Position numbers and translations under genes: made by a program | Assembly (NCBI GenBank): GCA_963555825.3 | Contig: CAUVXB020000002.1 | Coordinates: 1,888,001 to 1,952,000 of the forward strand | DNA length: 64,000 nucleotides | Source of the DNA: Alphaproteobacteria bacterium | Lineage (GTDB): Bacteria; Pseudomonadota; Alphaproteobacteria; JAAXGF01 | Direction: 5' to 3' | The notes under the pieces: generated by a model | Databases searched by the model: none | Told to the model about the DNA's origin: nothing | What the model saw: the letters and a program-made list of their open reading frames with translations, nothing else | In this document: in pieces, positions 39,989 to 50,722 of the stretch | Numbering within the stretch: the stretch's first letter is position 1 | Layout: the number at the start of each line of letters is the position of its first letter

Positions 39989-42648
39989 GCCGGCGCCATG
40001 AGTTCGCGCCTGCGCTCCTCGCTCATCGACCATGGCAGCCACGGCGACAGGTCGTCCGGCGGTTTGCGATCGTTCTCCGCGCACGCTGCGAGCCACGTGT
40101 CCAGCCAGCTCAGGATGTCGATGCCATTCATCGAGAGCGTGCCCACCACCGAGTACATGATCGCCGTGAACCTGGCGCCGTCCTCGCTGTCGGAACCGAA
40201 CGACAGCCGTCGCCCTATGGCCGGACCTCGTAACAATCTTTCGGCGCGATTGTTATCCAGAGGCACCTGCGGGCGGTCGACGAACACGCTCAGCCCTTCG
40301 CGATGGTTCAGCAGCGAGCGCAGCGCCCTGCCCTGGCGCGCCTGGTCCGGCAGGCCGGCCAACTCCCGGGCGGCCTCCGCGAACAGGCCGTCGAGCGCCG
40401 CCTTCAACGCGCCCTGCGCCGCGTCGAACGCCGGCGTCTGGCGCTTGATCACGGGGTCGTAATGAGCCAACCTCGCCTCGTTCAGGCGGTAGACCGACGC
40501 GATCCGCTCGATCCATCCCTGGCACCAGTCCGTCAGTCTCACCTGGCCGGCCGCGCACTCGACAAAATCGCGGCGCATATGGGACCAACAGAATGCAAGG
40601 GTCACTTTGCCCTCGCGAAGGCGAGCGAGTCGCTTGTAGGCGCTATAGCGATCGCAGACGATGACCGTGTCGAGGAGAGCGTCGCCGAACAGCTTCTGCG
40701 CCGCCTCGGCGCTGCGCGAGGGGTCGATATGGAAAGAGACCGCGTCATTGCTGACCGAGACCCACAGCCAGGCGCGGCTCGAGCGGTCTTCCCCGCGAAG
40801 TTCCTGGACGCGCCAGCTGGTCTCGTCGGCATGGCGCAGCGCCGCCTTGTTCTGGTGCGCAAGGATCGCCTCGGCCAGCGGCTCGAGCAGCGGCACGAAC
40901 CGCTTCAGGCTGTCGGCCAGCGTCCCCGGCGAGACCGTCAGCCCTTGGGCGGACATCCACGCGGCAACGCGGTGCACGGGGCGGAAGCAGGCACAGTGCT
41001 CGAACAGGAAGCGTGCCCAGAAGCTGGTCCCGTAGAGCGTCCTGGGGAACAGCCGCGGCACCGGGGGCGCCGACACTTCCATGGGCGACGACGCGCACTC
41101 GCAGGTCCGGCGCCAGCGCGGACGGCGGATCACGCGCTTGTAGGCCTTGACCTCGATCTCGACGAGGGTGGATTCCTCGGCGCCGTTCGGCGCATAGGGC
41201 TGCCCGCACCGGCCGCAGACGCACGCATCCGGCGGCGGGTTGTGCTCTTCGGTGCGCTCATCGAGCCCGGGCCGCTGGGTGCGGCCGTGGCCGGGCGCGC
41301 CGCGCTGCTGGCCGCGCTTGTGTTCCGAGCCCGGCTTGTCCTGCTGCTCGCTCTTGCGGCCGTAGAGCGCCCTCGACAGCACCGCCCCGGTCGCACGAAG
41401 CCTCTCAAGCTGGACTTCCAGCGTCTCGATCCGGTTCCGCGACGTCTTCGCGCCCTTGCGCAGGCGGGCGTTCTCCCGGGACAGCGACTTGATCGTAGCC
41501 TTCTGGCGCCGCGACCTTCGCAGAGCCCTGCGGAGATCGGCGTCTGCAACGGACAGCGACTTCGACAACGTCTTCCTGACCGCTCGAAGCCCGGCAAGCT
41601 CGGCCTCGAGTGCCTTCCTGATCGCGCGAAGCTTGGCAGGCTGAACCTCCAGCGCCGCTTTCCGGGTCTCCAACTTCCGCATGGTCCTGCGCAGACGGCC
41701 GTTGTCCTTGCGCAGCGCCTCGATCGTCGTCTTCTGGCGCCGCGATCGCCTCAACGCCGCGCGCAGTTGAGCAGCCTCGTCGGACGGCAGCTTCGACAGC
41801 GTCGCCCCGGCCGCCCGAAGCTTGGCGAGCCGGGCCTTCAACTTCTCCTTACCGGCTTTGGACACCTCCAGGGCATGGCGCAGCCAGAAAACCTCGTCGG
41901 ACAGCGACCGGGCGCGGGCCTCGGCGTCGCCCAGTATCCTCACCTCCCGGTGGAGCCGAAGGGACTCGCTGGACAGCTTCTTCGCGGTCTCCCTGATGCG
42001 CTCCGTCCTCTCCTTCTCCTGGTCGAGGCGCGTGTTCAGCCGGGCGTTCTCCTTGTCCCGCCGGACCACCTCCTTGTCGAGCCGGCGGAGTTCCGTGCGA
42101 AGCGACCTGACGGTCTCCTTCTGGTCCGGGGAAGGCTCCAGGACGGTGCGCCGCCGGGGCGGAGCGGGCCACGGCCCGGTCGCGCCCTCACGGGCCTTCG
42201 ATGCCGCCAGGGCCTTGCGCAGCCGGGCGTTCTCCTTGCGCAGCGCCCCGGCCGTATCGAAGGCCGACGCGATGCCGGCTTCAGAAAGGAGCGTCTCCAG
42301 GCGCGCCACTTCCGCCTGCAAGGACGGCACGTCCCTTGCCGTGCGGCGGGCTTCCTTCGTCTCTTCGACGGCCTCACTCAGCCTGCGCCGGCAGGCCTTG
42401 AACCGAGACTTCCACGAACCGCCATCGCTGCGGGCGGCCACTTCCGCCCAGCGCAGCTCTTCCGCCCGCGCTTCGGCCGCGTCCGCCCGCGCCCGTTCCC
42501 GCTCACACTGTGACCGCCAGTCGCGCGGCGCGTGCTCCGGCACCGACACGGGGGACAACCGGACCCCGCCATTACCCTCGACCAGCGTCAGGTTGGTGCC
42601 AAAATCCTCGTCCAGAACCACCATGCGCACGACGATAGCGCATGGCAA
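39985..42648 (-). CDS. IS66 transposase (TnpC) with long N-terminal coiled-coil extension
   Basis: YGRKSE, CxxCG zinc finger, HADET, CDRY.AY, CWSH.RR.F, DNN.AER.LR. Confidence 0.9.
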   Translation of the reverse strand: MPCAIVVRMVVLDEDFGTNLTLVEGNGGVRLSPVSVPEHAPRDWRSQCERERARADAAEARAEELRWAEVAARSDGGSWKSRFKACRRRLSEAVEETKEARRTARDVPSLQAEVARLETLLSEAGIASAFDTAGALRKENARLRKALAASKAREGATGPWPAPPRRRTVLEPSPDQKETVRSLRTELRRLDKEVVRRDKENARLNTRLDQEKERTERIRETAKKLSSESLRLHREVRILGDAEARARSLSDEVFWLRHALEVSKAGKEKLKARLAKLRAAGATLSKLPSDEAAQLRAALRRSRRQKTTIEALRKDNGRLRRTMRKLETRKAALEVQPAKLRAIRKALEAELAGLRAVRKTLSKSLSVADADLRRALRRSRRQKATIKSLSRENARLRKGAKTSRNRIETLEVQLERLRATGAVLSRALYGRKSEQQDKPGSEHKRGQQRGAPGHGRTQRPGLDERTEEHNPPPDACVCGRCGQPYAPNGAEESTLVEIEVKAYKRVIRRPRWRRTCECASSPMEVSAPPVPRLFPRTLYGTSFWARFLFEHCACFRPVHRVAAWMSAQGLTVSPGTLADSLKRFVPLLEPLAEAILAHQNKAALRHADETSWRVQELRGEDRSSRAWLWVSVSNDAVSFHIDPSRSAEAAQKLFGDALLDTVIVCDRYSAYKRLARLREGKVTLAFCWSHMRRDFVECAAGQVRLTDWCQGWIERIASVYRLNEARLAHYDPVIKRQTPAFDAAQGALKAALDGLFAEAARELAGLPDQARQGRALRSLLNHREGLSVFVDRPQVPLDNNRAERLLRGPAIGRRLSFGSDSEDGARFTAIMYSVVGTLSMNGIDILSWLDTWLAACAENDRKPPDDLSPWLPWSMSEERRRELMAPA

Positions 42649-43427
42649 ATCGCGTTACCAGCAGAAAGACAGCACCTTGTGGGGCCTCGCCTCAACGTGG
42701 GAGATGCGCTTGACGGGACCCATTCCACGGCCTGAACGAACGCTTACGCGCGTCGCGTCGACGTTGCCCTCGCGCGCCAGATAGGCGGCCCAGTGCGCCG
42801 CCGAGCGGACCGAGCCGAGCCAATGCGGCATCTGCTCGTAAGCATCGGTATGGGCGTCGAAATGGACCAGCGCGGCGGGCCGGCCGCCGGTGATGTTGGC
42901 GTTCGGGCCGGCGATCGCCTTGAGGATCGGGCCGGTGATCGAATGGTCGCCGCCGATCGAGACGGGTAGCGTGCCGGCGGTGTCGAGCCGTTTGTAGAAC
43001 GCCTCGATATGCTCGACCGAGATGTCGTTGACCATCGCCTCGGGCAGCGGCACGTCGCCCATGTCGTTGATCCGGCAAACGTCCCAGGGCACGACCCGGA
43101 AGTTGTTGTGGGCGCGCCGGTAGAAACCCGAGACGTGGCGCATGGCGCGCGGCGCCAGGTGCTGGTCGCGCTCGGTCGAGCCGTTGCCGGAGCTGTGCGG
43201 CACGCCGACCAGCGCGATGTCGCAGTTGGCCGGGTCCTCGTCATGCGGGCAGCGGAACAGGGTCGGCACGCCCCACCAATACCAACTGCCGACCGATTTC
43301 CGCGCCTTCGCGAACCATTCGTCGTCGTAACGGTCTTCTGTCAACATCTTCGCCTCCCTGGGTTTGGGCATTGCATCGAAGCCTAGAGCGGGCGGCGCGC
43401 CGAGTCATCGGCGTTTGTGCTGCGGCG

Positions 43428-44954
43428 TCAGTGACCGCCCGATCCGGGTCTTGTCGGTCGGAAGAAGAACACCGTCGGTATCAGCGCCGCAGTGGCGATG
43501 GCGAGCAGCACGAACGAGTTGTTGTAGGCGATCATCGCCGCCTGGCGGGTGACCTCGTGATCGAGCGCGGCCAGCGCGCCGGCCTCGGCGAGGTCCCAGA
43601 TTTCGGCAACCGATGGGTATTGGAACAGCTCGTTGAACGGATTGACGTGCTCGACGAGCATCTCATGGGTTGCCTGGGTCTGGCGCGTGTGGATCGCGAT
43701 GACGCCGGCGACGCCGACCGCGCTGCCGATGTCGAATTGCAGATAGAAGATCGCGTAGCCCTCGGCCTGGAGGCGTTTGTCGAGCGTACCGAGCGCCAGC
43801 GCGCTGACCGGCACCCACATCATGCCCGACGCGATGCCCTGGATGAGGTTGGGCCAAATGACTTCCCACGGGCGCACATCGACGTTCCAGTGCGCCATCT
43901 CCCAGCCGGTAAAGACGGTCGCCACGAGCGTCCAAAAGATCACCGTGCGCGGGTCGACCCGATGCTCGATCTGGCCGATAAGCAGCAGCCCGACGATGAC
44001 GCCGATGCCGCGCGGGATCAGCATGAAGCCAGCCTGGGTCGCCGGATAGCCGGCGAGCTGCTCGAGCAACAGCGGCAACAGGATGTTGGGCAGGATGATG
44101 ATCGCGCCGAATATCAGCAGGAAGAACAGGCTGAGCACGTAGTTGAAGTTGCGAAACAGCGCGCGGTCGATGAACGGCCGCTCGGCGGTTATCGTGTTGA
44201 CGGCAAACAGGTAGAAGGCGATGCCGGCGATCAGGGCCTCGGCGATCACCTCGGGCGATTCGAACCAGTCGAGCCGCTGGCCGCGGCCGAGCGCAAGCTG
44301 GGCCGCGGCGATGCCGATCATCAGCGTCGCGAAACCGAACCAGTCGAGCCGGCGCTTCGGGTCGTTGGGAATCTCGGGGATGAAGATCCAGGCGGCGATG
44401 AACGAGACGATGCCGACCGGGATGGTGATATAGAACATCCACGGCCAGCCGTATTGCTCGATCAGCCAGCCGCCGGCGACCGGGCCGAACGCGCCGCCGG
44501 CGACGATCGCGATCGCCCAGATCGAGGTCGCCTTGCCGTGCCGTTCGGGCGGGAAGGCGTCGACCGTGATCGCCTGGCCGAGCGGGATCAGCGGCGCGCC
44601 GAGGACGCCCTGGATGAAACGCCAGAAGACCATCTCTTCGAGCGAGGTCGCCATGCCGCAACCCAGCAGCGTCAGGGTGTAGCCGGCCAGGGAGAGCATG
44701 AACACCCGCTTGCGGCCGAGGCGCGCGGTGACCCAGCCGACGCTGCCCATCATCATCGCCGAGCCGATCATGAAGGCGGTCATCACCCAGGCGATCTGGT
44801 CGGGCGTCGCCGAGAAGGTGCCCTGCATGTGCGGCAGGCCGACGCCGACGACGGTCCAGGTGAAGTCGTAGGCCGCGGTGCCGATGGTCGCCGCGACGAC
44901 CAGCACCGCCCGGTTGAGACCGGTCGGCAACGCTTGCGCAGTCGCGTCGGTCAT
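43428..44954 (-). CDS. DHA2-family MFS efflux permease (EmrB-like)
   Basis: 14-TM pattern, RLGRKR, R.IQG..G, WPWMFYI.IPVG. Confidence 0.92.
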   Translation of the reverse strand: MTDATAQALPTGLNRAVLVVAATIGTAAYDFTWTVVGVGLPHMQGTFSATPDQIAWVMTAFMIGSAMMMGSVGWVTARLGRKRVFMLSLAGYTLTLLGCGMATSLEEMVFWRFIQGVLGAPLIPLGQAITVDAFPPERHGKATSIWAIAIVAGGAFGPVAGGWLIEQYGWPWMFYITIPVGIVSFIAAWIFIPEIPNDPKRRLDWFGFATLMIGIAAAQLALGRGQRLDWFESPEVIAEALIAGIAFYLFAVNTITAERPFIDRALFRNFNYVLSLFFLLIFGAIIILPNILLPLLLEQLAGYPATQAGFMLIPRGIGVIVGLLLIGQIEHRVDPRTVIFWTLVATVFTGWEMAHWNVDVRPWEVIWPNLIQGIASGMMWVPVSALALGTLDKRLQAEGYAIFYLQFDIGSAVGVAGVIAIHTRQTQATHEMLVEHVNPFNELFQYPSVAEIWDLAEAGALAALDHEVTRQAAMIAYNNSFVLLAIATAALIPTVFFFRPTRPGSGGH

Positions 44955-46102
44955 AGCGCGTCGAGGGCGTCCGCCAGCGCGTTCTTGATCATCGCCTTGA
45001 TGTCGCGCTCACGCTCGGTGTCGATCGAGACGGTCACGGTCATGCCGGCCCTGAGCCGCGCGGTATCGTGGCGCGCGTCGAGCTTGAGGCGCACCGGCAC
45101 GCGCTGCACCACCTTGACCCAGTTGCCGGTCGCATTCTGCGGCGGCAACAGCGAGAACACGGCGCCGGTCGCCGGGCTGATGCTGTCGACCGTCGCGTCG
45201 AACACCTCGTCCGGGTAGGCGTCGACCACAGCGGTCGCCTTTTGGCCGACCTCGATGTGGGTGAGGTGGACCTCCTTGAGGTTGACCTCGATCCACGGGT
45301 CGCCGGTCGCGATCAGCGCGAACACCAGGTCGCCGGCCTCGACGTATTCGCCGGTCTCGAGCCCGACCGCGCTCAACACGCCGGCGACCGGCGCATAGGC
45401 CGCGGTGTGCGCCAGATCGAGCGCCGCGCGGTCGCGCCGCGCCTTGGCCTGCAAATACAGCGGGTGGCGCTCGATCGGCGCGTCGAGTTTGCCGCCCAGC
45501 TCGGCGAGCACCATGCGGTTCTGCTCGCGCAGCACCTCGATCTGTTGGCGCGACATTTCGAGATCGTGCAGCGCCGCGTCGAACTTGGCGCGCGAGCCGG
45601 TTCCCTTGGACTGGAGTTGCTCCTGGCGTTCGTACTCGACGACGAGGTAGCGCGTGCGCTCGCCGGCGGCGGCGATCTCGCGTTGGCCTTGGCGGTATTG
45701 CGCGCGCATCGACGTGATGCGCTGGCGCACGATGGTCAGCTCGGCGTCGGCCGCGGCGAGCGAAATCTCGTAGGGCTCGGTGTCGAGCTGAAACAAGAGC
45801 TGGCCTTCCTCGACCTGCTGGTTGTCGGCGACCAGCACCCGGACGACGCGGCCGTCGATGTCGGGGCTGATGTTGACGATGCCGGCCTTCACATAGGCGT
45901 TCTCGGCAGTCACGTAACGCCCGCCGGTGGCGTAGAAATAACCGGCCGCCGCGATCGTCGCGACCGGCACGGCGAGCAGGAAGAAGCCGCGGAGGACGAA
46001 TCGCCCGAAGCCGCCCCGCTTGCGCGTCGGCTCGCTCGGCGCCGGCTCGGGCGTCTCCGGCGCCTCGACCGGCGAGGCCCCCGGAAGGTCAACGATGGTC
46101 AC
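44951..46102 (-). CDS. HlyD/EmrA-family membrane fusion protein
   Basis: T.NAYV, ISPATG..FSLLPPQNATGNWVKVVQRVPV. Confidence 0.93.
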   Translation of the reverse strand: MTIVDLPGASPVEAPETPEPAPSEPTRKRGGFGRFVLRGFFLLAVPVATIAAAGYFYATGGRYVTAENAYVKAGIVNISPDIDGRVVRVLVADNQQVEEGQLLFQLDTEPYEISLAAADAELTIVRQRITSMRAQYRQGQREIAAAGERTRYLVVEYERQEQLQSKGTGSRAKFDAALHDLEMSRQQIEVLREQNRMVLAELGGKLDAPIERHPLYLQAKARRDRAALDLAHTAAYAPVAGVLSAVGLETGEYVEAGDLVFALIATGDPWIEVNLKEVHLTHIEVGQKATAVVDAYPDEVFDATVDSISPATGAVFSLLPPQNATGNWVKVVQRVPVRLKLDARHDTARLRAGMTVTVSIDTERERDIKAMIKNALADALDAL

Positions 46103-46214
46103 GGGGAACCATCAAACGAAATTCATCCATCCTCGACCAATAAGACCATTTCCGGCGTTTGACAAACGATCAAGATTCATGGGATAGATTAGTTGAATTC
46201 ATGCATAGGCGGTC

Positions 46215-47135
46215 ATGACCGGAACCCTGCCTTCGCCCATCGCGCTGCGCGCCTTCGAGGCCGCCGCCAGGCATCTGAGCTTCACCCGCGCGGCCGCCGA
46301 GCTCAACGTCACCCAGGCGGCGATCAGCCACCAGATCAAGGCGCTCGAAACCGAGCTTGGCGTCCGCCTGTTCCTGCGCCTGACGCGTCGGCTCGCGCTG
46401 ACCGAGGACGGCACGGCGCTGGCCGCCGCGGTCGGCGACGCCTTCGAGCGCATCACGGCGGCCGCCGGGCGGCTGCGCGCCGAGGGCGGAACGGGCCGGC
46501 TGACGGTCAGCGTCGGCCCCTATTTCTCGGCCGCCTGGCTGTCGCTCCGTATCGGCCGCTTCTGGCGGCGCTATCCCAACATCCAGCTTCACCTGCACCA
46601 CACCATGGAGTCGGCCGATTTTCGCAAGTCCGAGATCGATCTGGCGGTCGATTGGGGCTGGGGCGCGGTCGATTGGCCCGGGCTCGATGCCGAGCTGTTC
46701 ATGCGCCTGCACGTGACACCGGTGTGCAGCCTGGCGCTGCTCGACGGCCCCCATCCCCTGCGCGAACCGCGCGACCTCGGCCGTCACACGCTGTTGCACG
46801 AGGCCGATCATCAGGGCTGGGCGCTGTGGCTCGCGGCGGCCGGCGCGACCGGCGTCGACGCCGAGGCCGGCCCGGTAATCGACGACCACAACGTCTTGGT
46901 GCATGCCGCCATGGAGGGCCAGGGCGTCGCGCTCGCCGAGGCGAGCTTCATCGGCGACGACGTCGCCGCCGGCCGCCTGGCGCGGCCCTTCGGCCTCGCC
47001 GTCGATATCGACGCCGCCTACTACATCGTCTGCCCGCCGGGCGCCCTCGAGCGTCCCAAGGTGCGCGCCTTCCGGGACTGGCTGTTCGAGGAAGCCGCCG
47101 TCCACCGCGCCGCCGCCGCCGCCGACGCGGCGTGA
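46215..47135 (+). CDS. LysR-family regulator (GcvA-like)
   Basis: ALRAFEAAARHLSFTRAA.EL.VTQ.AISHQIK.LE. Confidence 0.92.
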   Translation: MTGTLPSPIALRAFEAAARHLSFTRAAAELNVTQAAISHQIKALETELGVRLFLRLTRRLALTEDGTALAAAVGDAFERITAAAGRLRAEGGTGRLTVSVGPYFSAAWLSLRIGRFWRRYPNIQLHLHHTMESADFRKSEIDLAVDWGWGAVDWPGLDAELFMRLHVTPVCSLALLDGPHPLREPRDLGRHTLLHEADHQGWALWLAAAGATGVDAEAGPVIDDHNVLVHAAMEGQGVALAEASFIGDDVAAGRLARPFGLAVDIDAAYYIVCPPGALERPKVRAFRDWLFEEAAVHRAAAAADAA

Positions 47136-47136
47136 C

Positions 47137-47167
47137 CTTGACGCGAGGCCGTGTTTTTCCCATATAT
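47137..47167 (+). promoter_or_regulatory. Putative RpoH promoter of hsp20
   Basis: CTTGA...CCCATATAT upstream of the small heat-shock gene. Confidence 0.65.
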
Positions 47168-47169
47168 GG

Positions 47170-47261
47170 CGGGCCGGCGCCCTGAACGGGCCGGCGCAGA
47201 TTGGGGCGCCCCTCGGGGGCCCGCATCGTCGCTCGCTCAGCCATGAGGAGGATACGACGTG
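47170..47261 (+). promoter_or_regulatory. ROSE-like RNA thermometer
   Basis: GC-rich 5' hairpins, then CTCGCTCA-GCCA-TGAGGAG stem pairing the SD with a bulged G, directly before the hsp20 start. Confidence 0.6.
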
Positions 47262-47723
47262 ACGCGACTCTCGCTCTTCGACTCGCCACTTCTGCTCGGC
47301 TTCGAGCGCTTCGAGCGCATTATCGACCTCGCCTCGAAGGCGTCGGCCGAGGGCTACCCGCCCTACAACATCGAGCAGATCGGCGACGACCGTCTGCGCA
47401 TTACCGTCGCGCTCGCCGGCTTCACCGCCGACGATCTCGCCATCACGGTCGAGGACAACCAGCTGGTGATCCGCGGCAAGCAGACCGACGACGCCGAGCG
47501 CAGCTACCTGCACCGCGGCATCGCGGCGCGCCAGTTCCAGCGCAGCTTCGTGCTCGCCGAGGGCATCGAGGTGGCCGGCGCCGCGCTCGACAACGGCCTG
47601 CTGCACATCGACCTGGCGCGCCCCGAGCCCGAGACCAGGGTGCGCCGGATCGAGATCGAGACGATGGGCGCCGGCAGCCGCGCGCTGCCGACCGGCGGCG
47701 GCAAGGCCGCCGCGGGCGAATAG
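47259..47723 (+). CDS. Hsp20-family small heat-shock protein
   Basis: YPPYNIE, YLHRGIAAR.F.R.F.LA, L.NGLL.I.L. Confidence 0.93.
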   Translation: MTRLSLFDSPLLLGFERFERIIDLASKASAEGYPPYNIEQIGDDRLRITVALAGFTADDLAITVEDNQLVIRGKQTDDAERSYLHRGIAARQFQRSFVLAEGIEVAGAALDNGLLHIDLARPEPETRVRRIEIETMGAGSRALPTGGGKAAAGE

Positions 47724-47763
47724 CCGGAACCAGCCAGAAACGAGAACCAGGAGGACCATAACC

Positions 47764-47985
47764 ATGGACGACCACACGCCCATCGCCGACGGTGCATCCG
47801 CGATCGACTCATGGTTCGACTTCGATCTGCCGAACCGCGCCTATATCGGCCGCGTCGAGATCGACGGCGAGGCCGGCTACGCGATCCGCGACGCCGAGGG
47901 CACCGTGCTCGCGGTGCTCGCCGAACGCGACATCGCCTTCGCCGTGGCGCGCCAGCACGACCTCGACCCGGTCAGCATGCACTGA
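47764..47985 (+). CDS. DUF1150-family protein
   Basis: AY...YAI..A.G..LA....RD.AFA.ARQHDL.PVS.H; usual partner of hsp20. Confidence 0.8.
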   Translation: MDDHTPIADGASAIDSWFDFDLPNRAYIGRVEIDGEAGYAIRDAEGTVLAVLAERDIAFAVARQHDLDPVSMH

Positions 47986-48104
47986 CGTTCATCGGCGGCC
48001 CGGTCGCGCCGCCACGTTCAACGCCCTAGCCCGGAATTCTGACCATGGACGGTCGCGGCACGGCGGATATCGGATGACGGGCTAGGAAAGCTGCGCGGAT
48101 AATC

Positions 48105-48198
48105 AAGGGGACGTGATACTTAATTCAAACCGATTAAGTATACTGTCACCATATAATTAGGTATCACGTCCCCTTAATTTCTTAATTGCTTAATTGGA
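48105..48198. repeat. AT-rich REP/MITE-like element with 21-bp inverted repeat
   Basis: AAGGGGACGTGATACTTAATT / AATTAGGTATCACGTCCCCTT (1 mismatch), internal related unit ATTAAGTATACTGTCACC, trailing CTTAATT triplet. Confidence 0.7.
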
Positions 48199-48240
48199 TC
48201 CGTCGCTCTTTGCGCGGCTGATCATGGTGAGAAGTTCGGG

Positions 48241-49914
48241 CTAGACCGGCAGCCGAACGACGAATCGAGCGCCTGCGGTCTGTCCGCCGTCATCGCCGCG
48301 GTTCTCGGCGAAGATCACGCCGTCATGCGCTTCGACGATCCGCTTCGAGATGCTCAGGCCCAGGCCCGAATGGATGCCGAAGGTCTCGCCCGGCGGCCGT
48401 TCGGTATAGAAGCGCTCGAAGATCGCCTCGAGCTGGCCTTCGGGGAGGCCGGGGCCGTCGTCCTCGACGGTGACCTCGACGACGGCGGTTCCGCCGACCT
48501 CGTGACGCCGCGCGGCGAGGCGAATGACGCCGCCCGGCGGGCTGAACGAGCGTGCGTTGCTGATCAGGTTCTCGAACAGTTGCGCGATGCGCCGCTCGTC
48601 GCCCTCGACGATCAGCGCGCCGTCGTCGCCTGGTGCGAGTTCGACGGCCGGATCGCCCGGCTTGGCGGTTTCGCGATGGACCTCGACCAGGGCGGCCATC
48701 ATGTGGCCGATGTCGACCGGCGCGATCTCGGCACGCGCCAGCTCGGCATCGAGGCGCGAGGCGTCCGAGATGTCGCTGATCAGCCGGTCGAGCCGGCGGA
48801 CGTCATCGCGCATGATCGCCAGCAGCTTCTGCCGTCGCTCGGGGTCCTCGAGGCGCGCCAGCGATTCGAGCGCGCTGGTCATCGAGGTCAGCGGGTTCTT
48901 GATCTCATGGGCGACGTCGGCGGCGAAGCGCTCGATCTCGACGAGGCGGTCGGACAGCTCGCGCGTCATGTCGGCCAGCGAGCGCGACAGATCGCCGATC
49001 TCGTCGCCGCGCGCCGAGAAGTCGGGGATTCTGTCGGCGCCGCCGTGGCCGTGGCGCACCGCCTCGGCGGCCTCGGCCAGGCGGTGAATCGGGCGCGCGA
49101 TGGTGCCGGCGAGATAAAGCGACAGGAGAACGGTGATGCCCAGGCCGACCGCGAACAGCTCGAGGATCGCGATGCGCACCTCGCGCAGGCTTTCCTCGAC
49201 GTCGGCGATCGCCGTCGACAGCAACAGCGCGCCCTGGACCAGCTTGAAGCGCTGCACCGGCACGGCGACGATGAGCTGCACGCCGAGCTCGCCGCCGTCG
49301 CGCAGTGACCAGGCGCCGTCGCCGGCCAGCGCCTGGCGGACCTCGCGATAGTCGTCGGCGCTCTGGTTCTCGGCCTCGACATAGCGCTCGAGCGCCTCGC
49401 GCGGCGGCAACCGCTCGAAGATCCATTCGTAGACCGCCTCGATGCGGCGCAGCGTCGGGCCGTCGTCGGGCGGCGGCAGCGCTTCGGCCTGCACCTCGCC
49501 GCCGGTGACCGTCAACTGCCGGCTATCGGCGACCAAGCGGCCGTTGGCCGCGAACAGCCGGGCGCGCCGGCCGGTCGGCAGGACGAGGCGGATGAGCAAC
49601 TGGCGCGCCGCGTCGACGTCGATGACGTAGACACCCTCGGCGTCGCCGACGACGACGGTCTCGCCGAGCGCCGCGGCGATGATCTTGCCCTGGGTGGCGA
49701 GCGCGGCGGCCTTGGCGTCGATCAGACCCTGGCGGTAGTCGTCGAGATAAAGCAAGCCGACGACGACGATGCCGAGCGCCGCCACGTTGATCGCGAGGAT
49801 GCGCCGGGTCAGCGACGAGAATGGCCCGCGGCGCACCCGCCGCGGCGGCCGATGGGCGTCACGCCGGGCGCCGTCCCGGCCCGTCTGTGCGCCACGCGCC
49901 GGCGACCTGTTCAT
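48241..49914 (-). CDS. chvG: Sensor histidine kinase ChvG/ExoS
   Basis: [45 protein letters not shown]. Confidence 0.93.
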   Translation of the reverse strand: MNRSPARGAQTGRDGARRDAHRPPRRVRRGPFSSLTRRILAINVAALGIVVVGLLYLDDYRQGLIDAKAAALATQGKIIAAALGETVVVGDAEGVYVIDVDAARQLLIRLVLPTGRRARLFAANGRLVADSRQLTVTGGEVQAEALPPPDDGPTLRRIEAVYEWIFERLPPREALERYVEAENQSADDYREVRQALAGDGAWSLRDGGELGVQLIVAVPVQRFKLVQGALLLSTAIADVEESLREVRIAILELFAVGLGITVLLSLYLAGTIARPIHRLAEAAEAVRHGHGGADRIPDFSARGDEIGDLSRSLADMTRELSDRLVEIERFAADVAHEIKNPLTSMTSALESLARLEDPERRQKLLAIMRDDVRRLDRLISDISDASRLDAELARAEIAPVDIGHMMAALVEVHRETAKPGDPAVELAPGDDGALIVEGDERRIAQLFENLISNARSFSPPGGVIRLAARRHEVGGTAVVEVTVEDDGPGLPEGQLEAIFERFYTERPPGETFGIHSGLGLSISKRIVEAHDGVIFAENRGDDGGQTAGARFVVRLPV

Positions 49915-50609
49915 GTGTCCTTGTAGCGGTACCCGACCCCGTACAGCGTCTCGATCTGGGCGAAATTCTCGTCGATGGCCCTGAACTTCTTGCGTAGGCG
50001 CTTGATGTGGCTGTCGATCGTGCGGTCGTCGACATAGACGTTGTCGTCGTAGGTCGCGTCCATCAGCTGATCGCGGCTGCGCACGTGGCCGGGCCGCGAG
50101 GCCAGCGACTTTAGGATCAGGAACTCGGTCACGGTCAGCGTGACCGGTTGGTCGCACCAGGTACACAGGTGGCGCGATGGTTCGAGCACCAGGTCGCCGC
50201 GCACCATGGTTGCCTCGCGGTCGCGGTCGTCGTCGGCTCGGCTCGTGTCGGCGCGACGAAGCACGGCGCGGATGCGCTCGACCAGGAGGCGCTGGGAGAA
50301 CGGTTTGCGGATGTAGTCGTCGGCGCCCATCTTGAAGCCGACCACCTCGTCGATGTCCTCGTCCTTCGAGGTCAGGAAGATGACCGGCACGTCGGATTGC
50401 CGGCGCAGGCGGCCCAACAGCTCGATGCCGTCCATGCGCGGCATCTTGATATCGAGCACGACGAGGTCGACCGGGCGCTGCGCGAGGCCGCGCAGCGCGC
50501 CTTCGCTGTCGGCATAGGTCTTGACGCGGAAGCCTTCGGCCTCGAGCGCCATGGCGACCGTGGTGAGGATGTTCTGGTCGTCGTCGACCAAGGCGATGGT
50601 ATAGCTCAC
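49911..50609 (-). CDS. chvI: Response regulator ChvI
   Basis: [45 protein letters not shown]. Confidence 0.95.
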   Translation of the reverse strand: MSYTIALVDDDQNILTTVAMALEAEGFRVKTYADSEGALRGLAQRPVDLVVLDIKMPRMDGIELLGRLRRQSDVPVIFLTSKDEDIDEVVGFKMGADDYIRKPFSQRLLVERIRAVLRRADTSRADDDRDREATMVRGDLVLEPSRHLCTWCDQPVTLTVTEFLILKSLASRPGHVRSRDQLMDATYDDNVYVDDRTIDSHIKRLRKKFRAIDENFAQIETLYGVGYRYKDT

Positions 50610-50722
50610 GGCGCCAATACTACCTGTGCGGCGGGCGATTTTCCATCGCGCCGCGCAATGTTGACGCCCGCCACGACGCGCTCGTAGAGTGGCCCGTTCC
50701 GAACCGCCGAGAGCCCCGCGCC

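Larger units (their letters stand above)
39048..42747 (-). mobile_element. IS66-family element (3700 bp) with passenger gene
   Basis: Perfect 26-bp IR GTAAGCGTTCGTTCAGGCCGTGGAAT; 8-bp TSD GCGCGTCG. Confidence 0.93.
38614..43371 (-). pseudogene. Agmatinase/ureohydrolase-family gene split by an IS66-like element
   Basis: GGDHSIT and HFDAHTD in 5' part; QIGIRG, YITFDMDALDP in 3' part; join across TSD GCGCGTCG. Confidence 0.92.
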
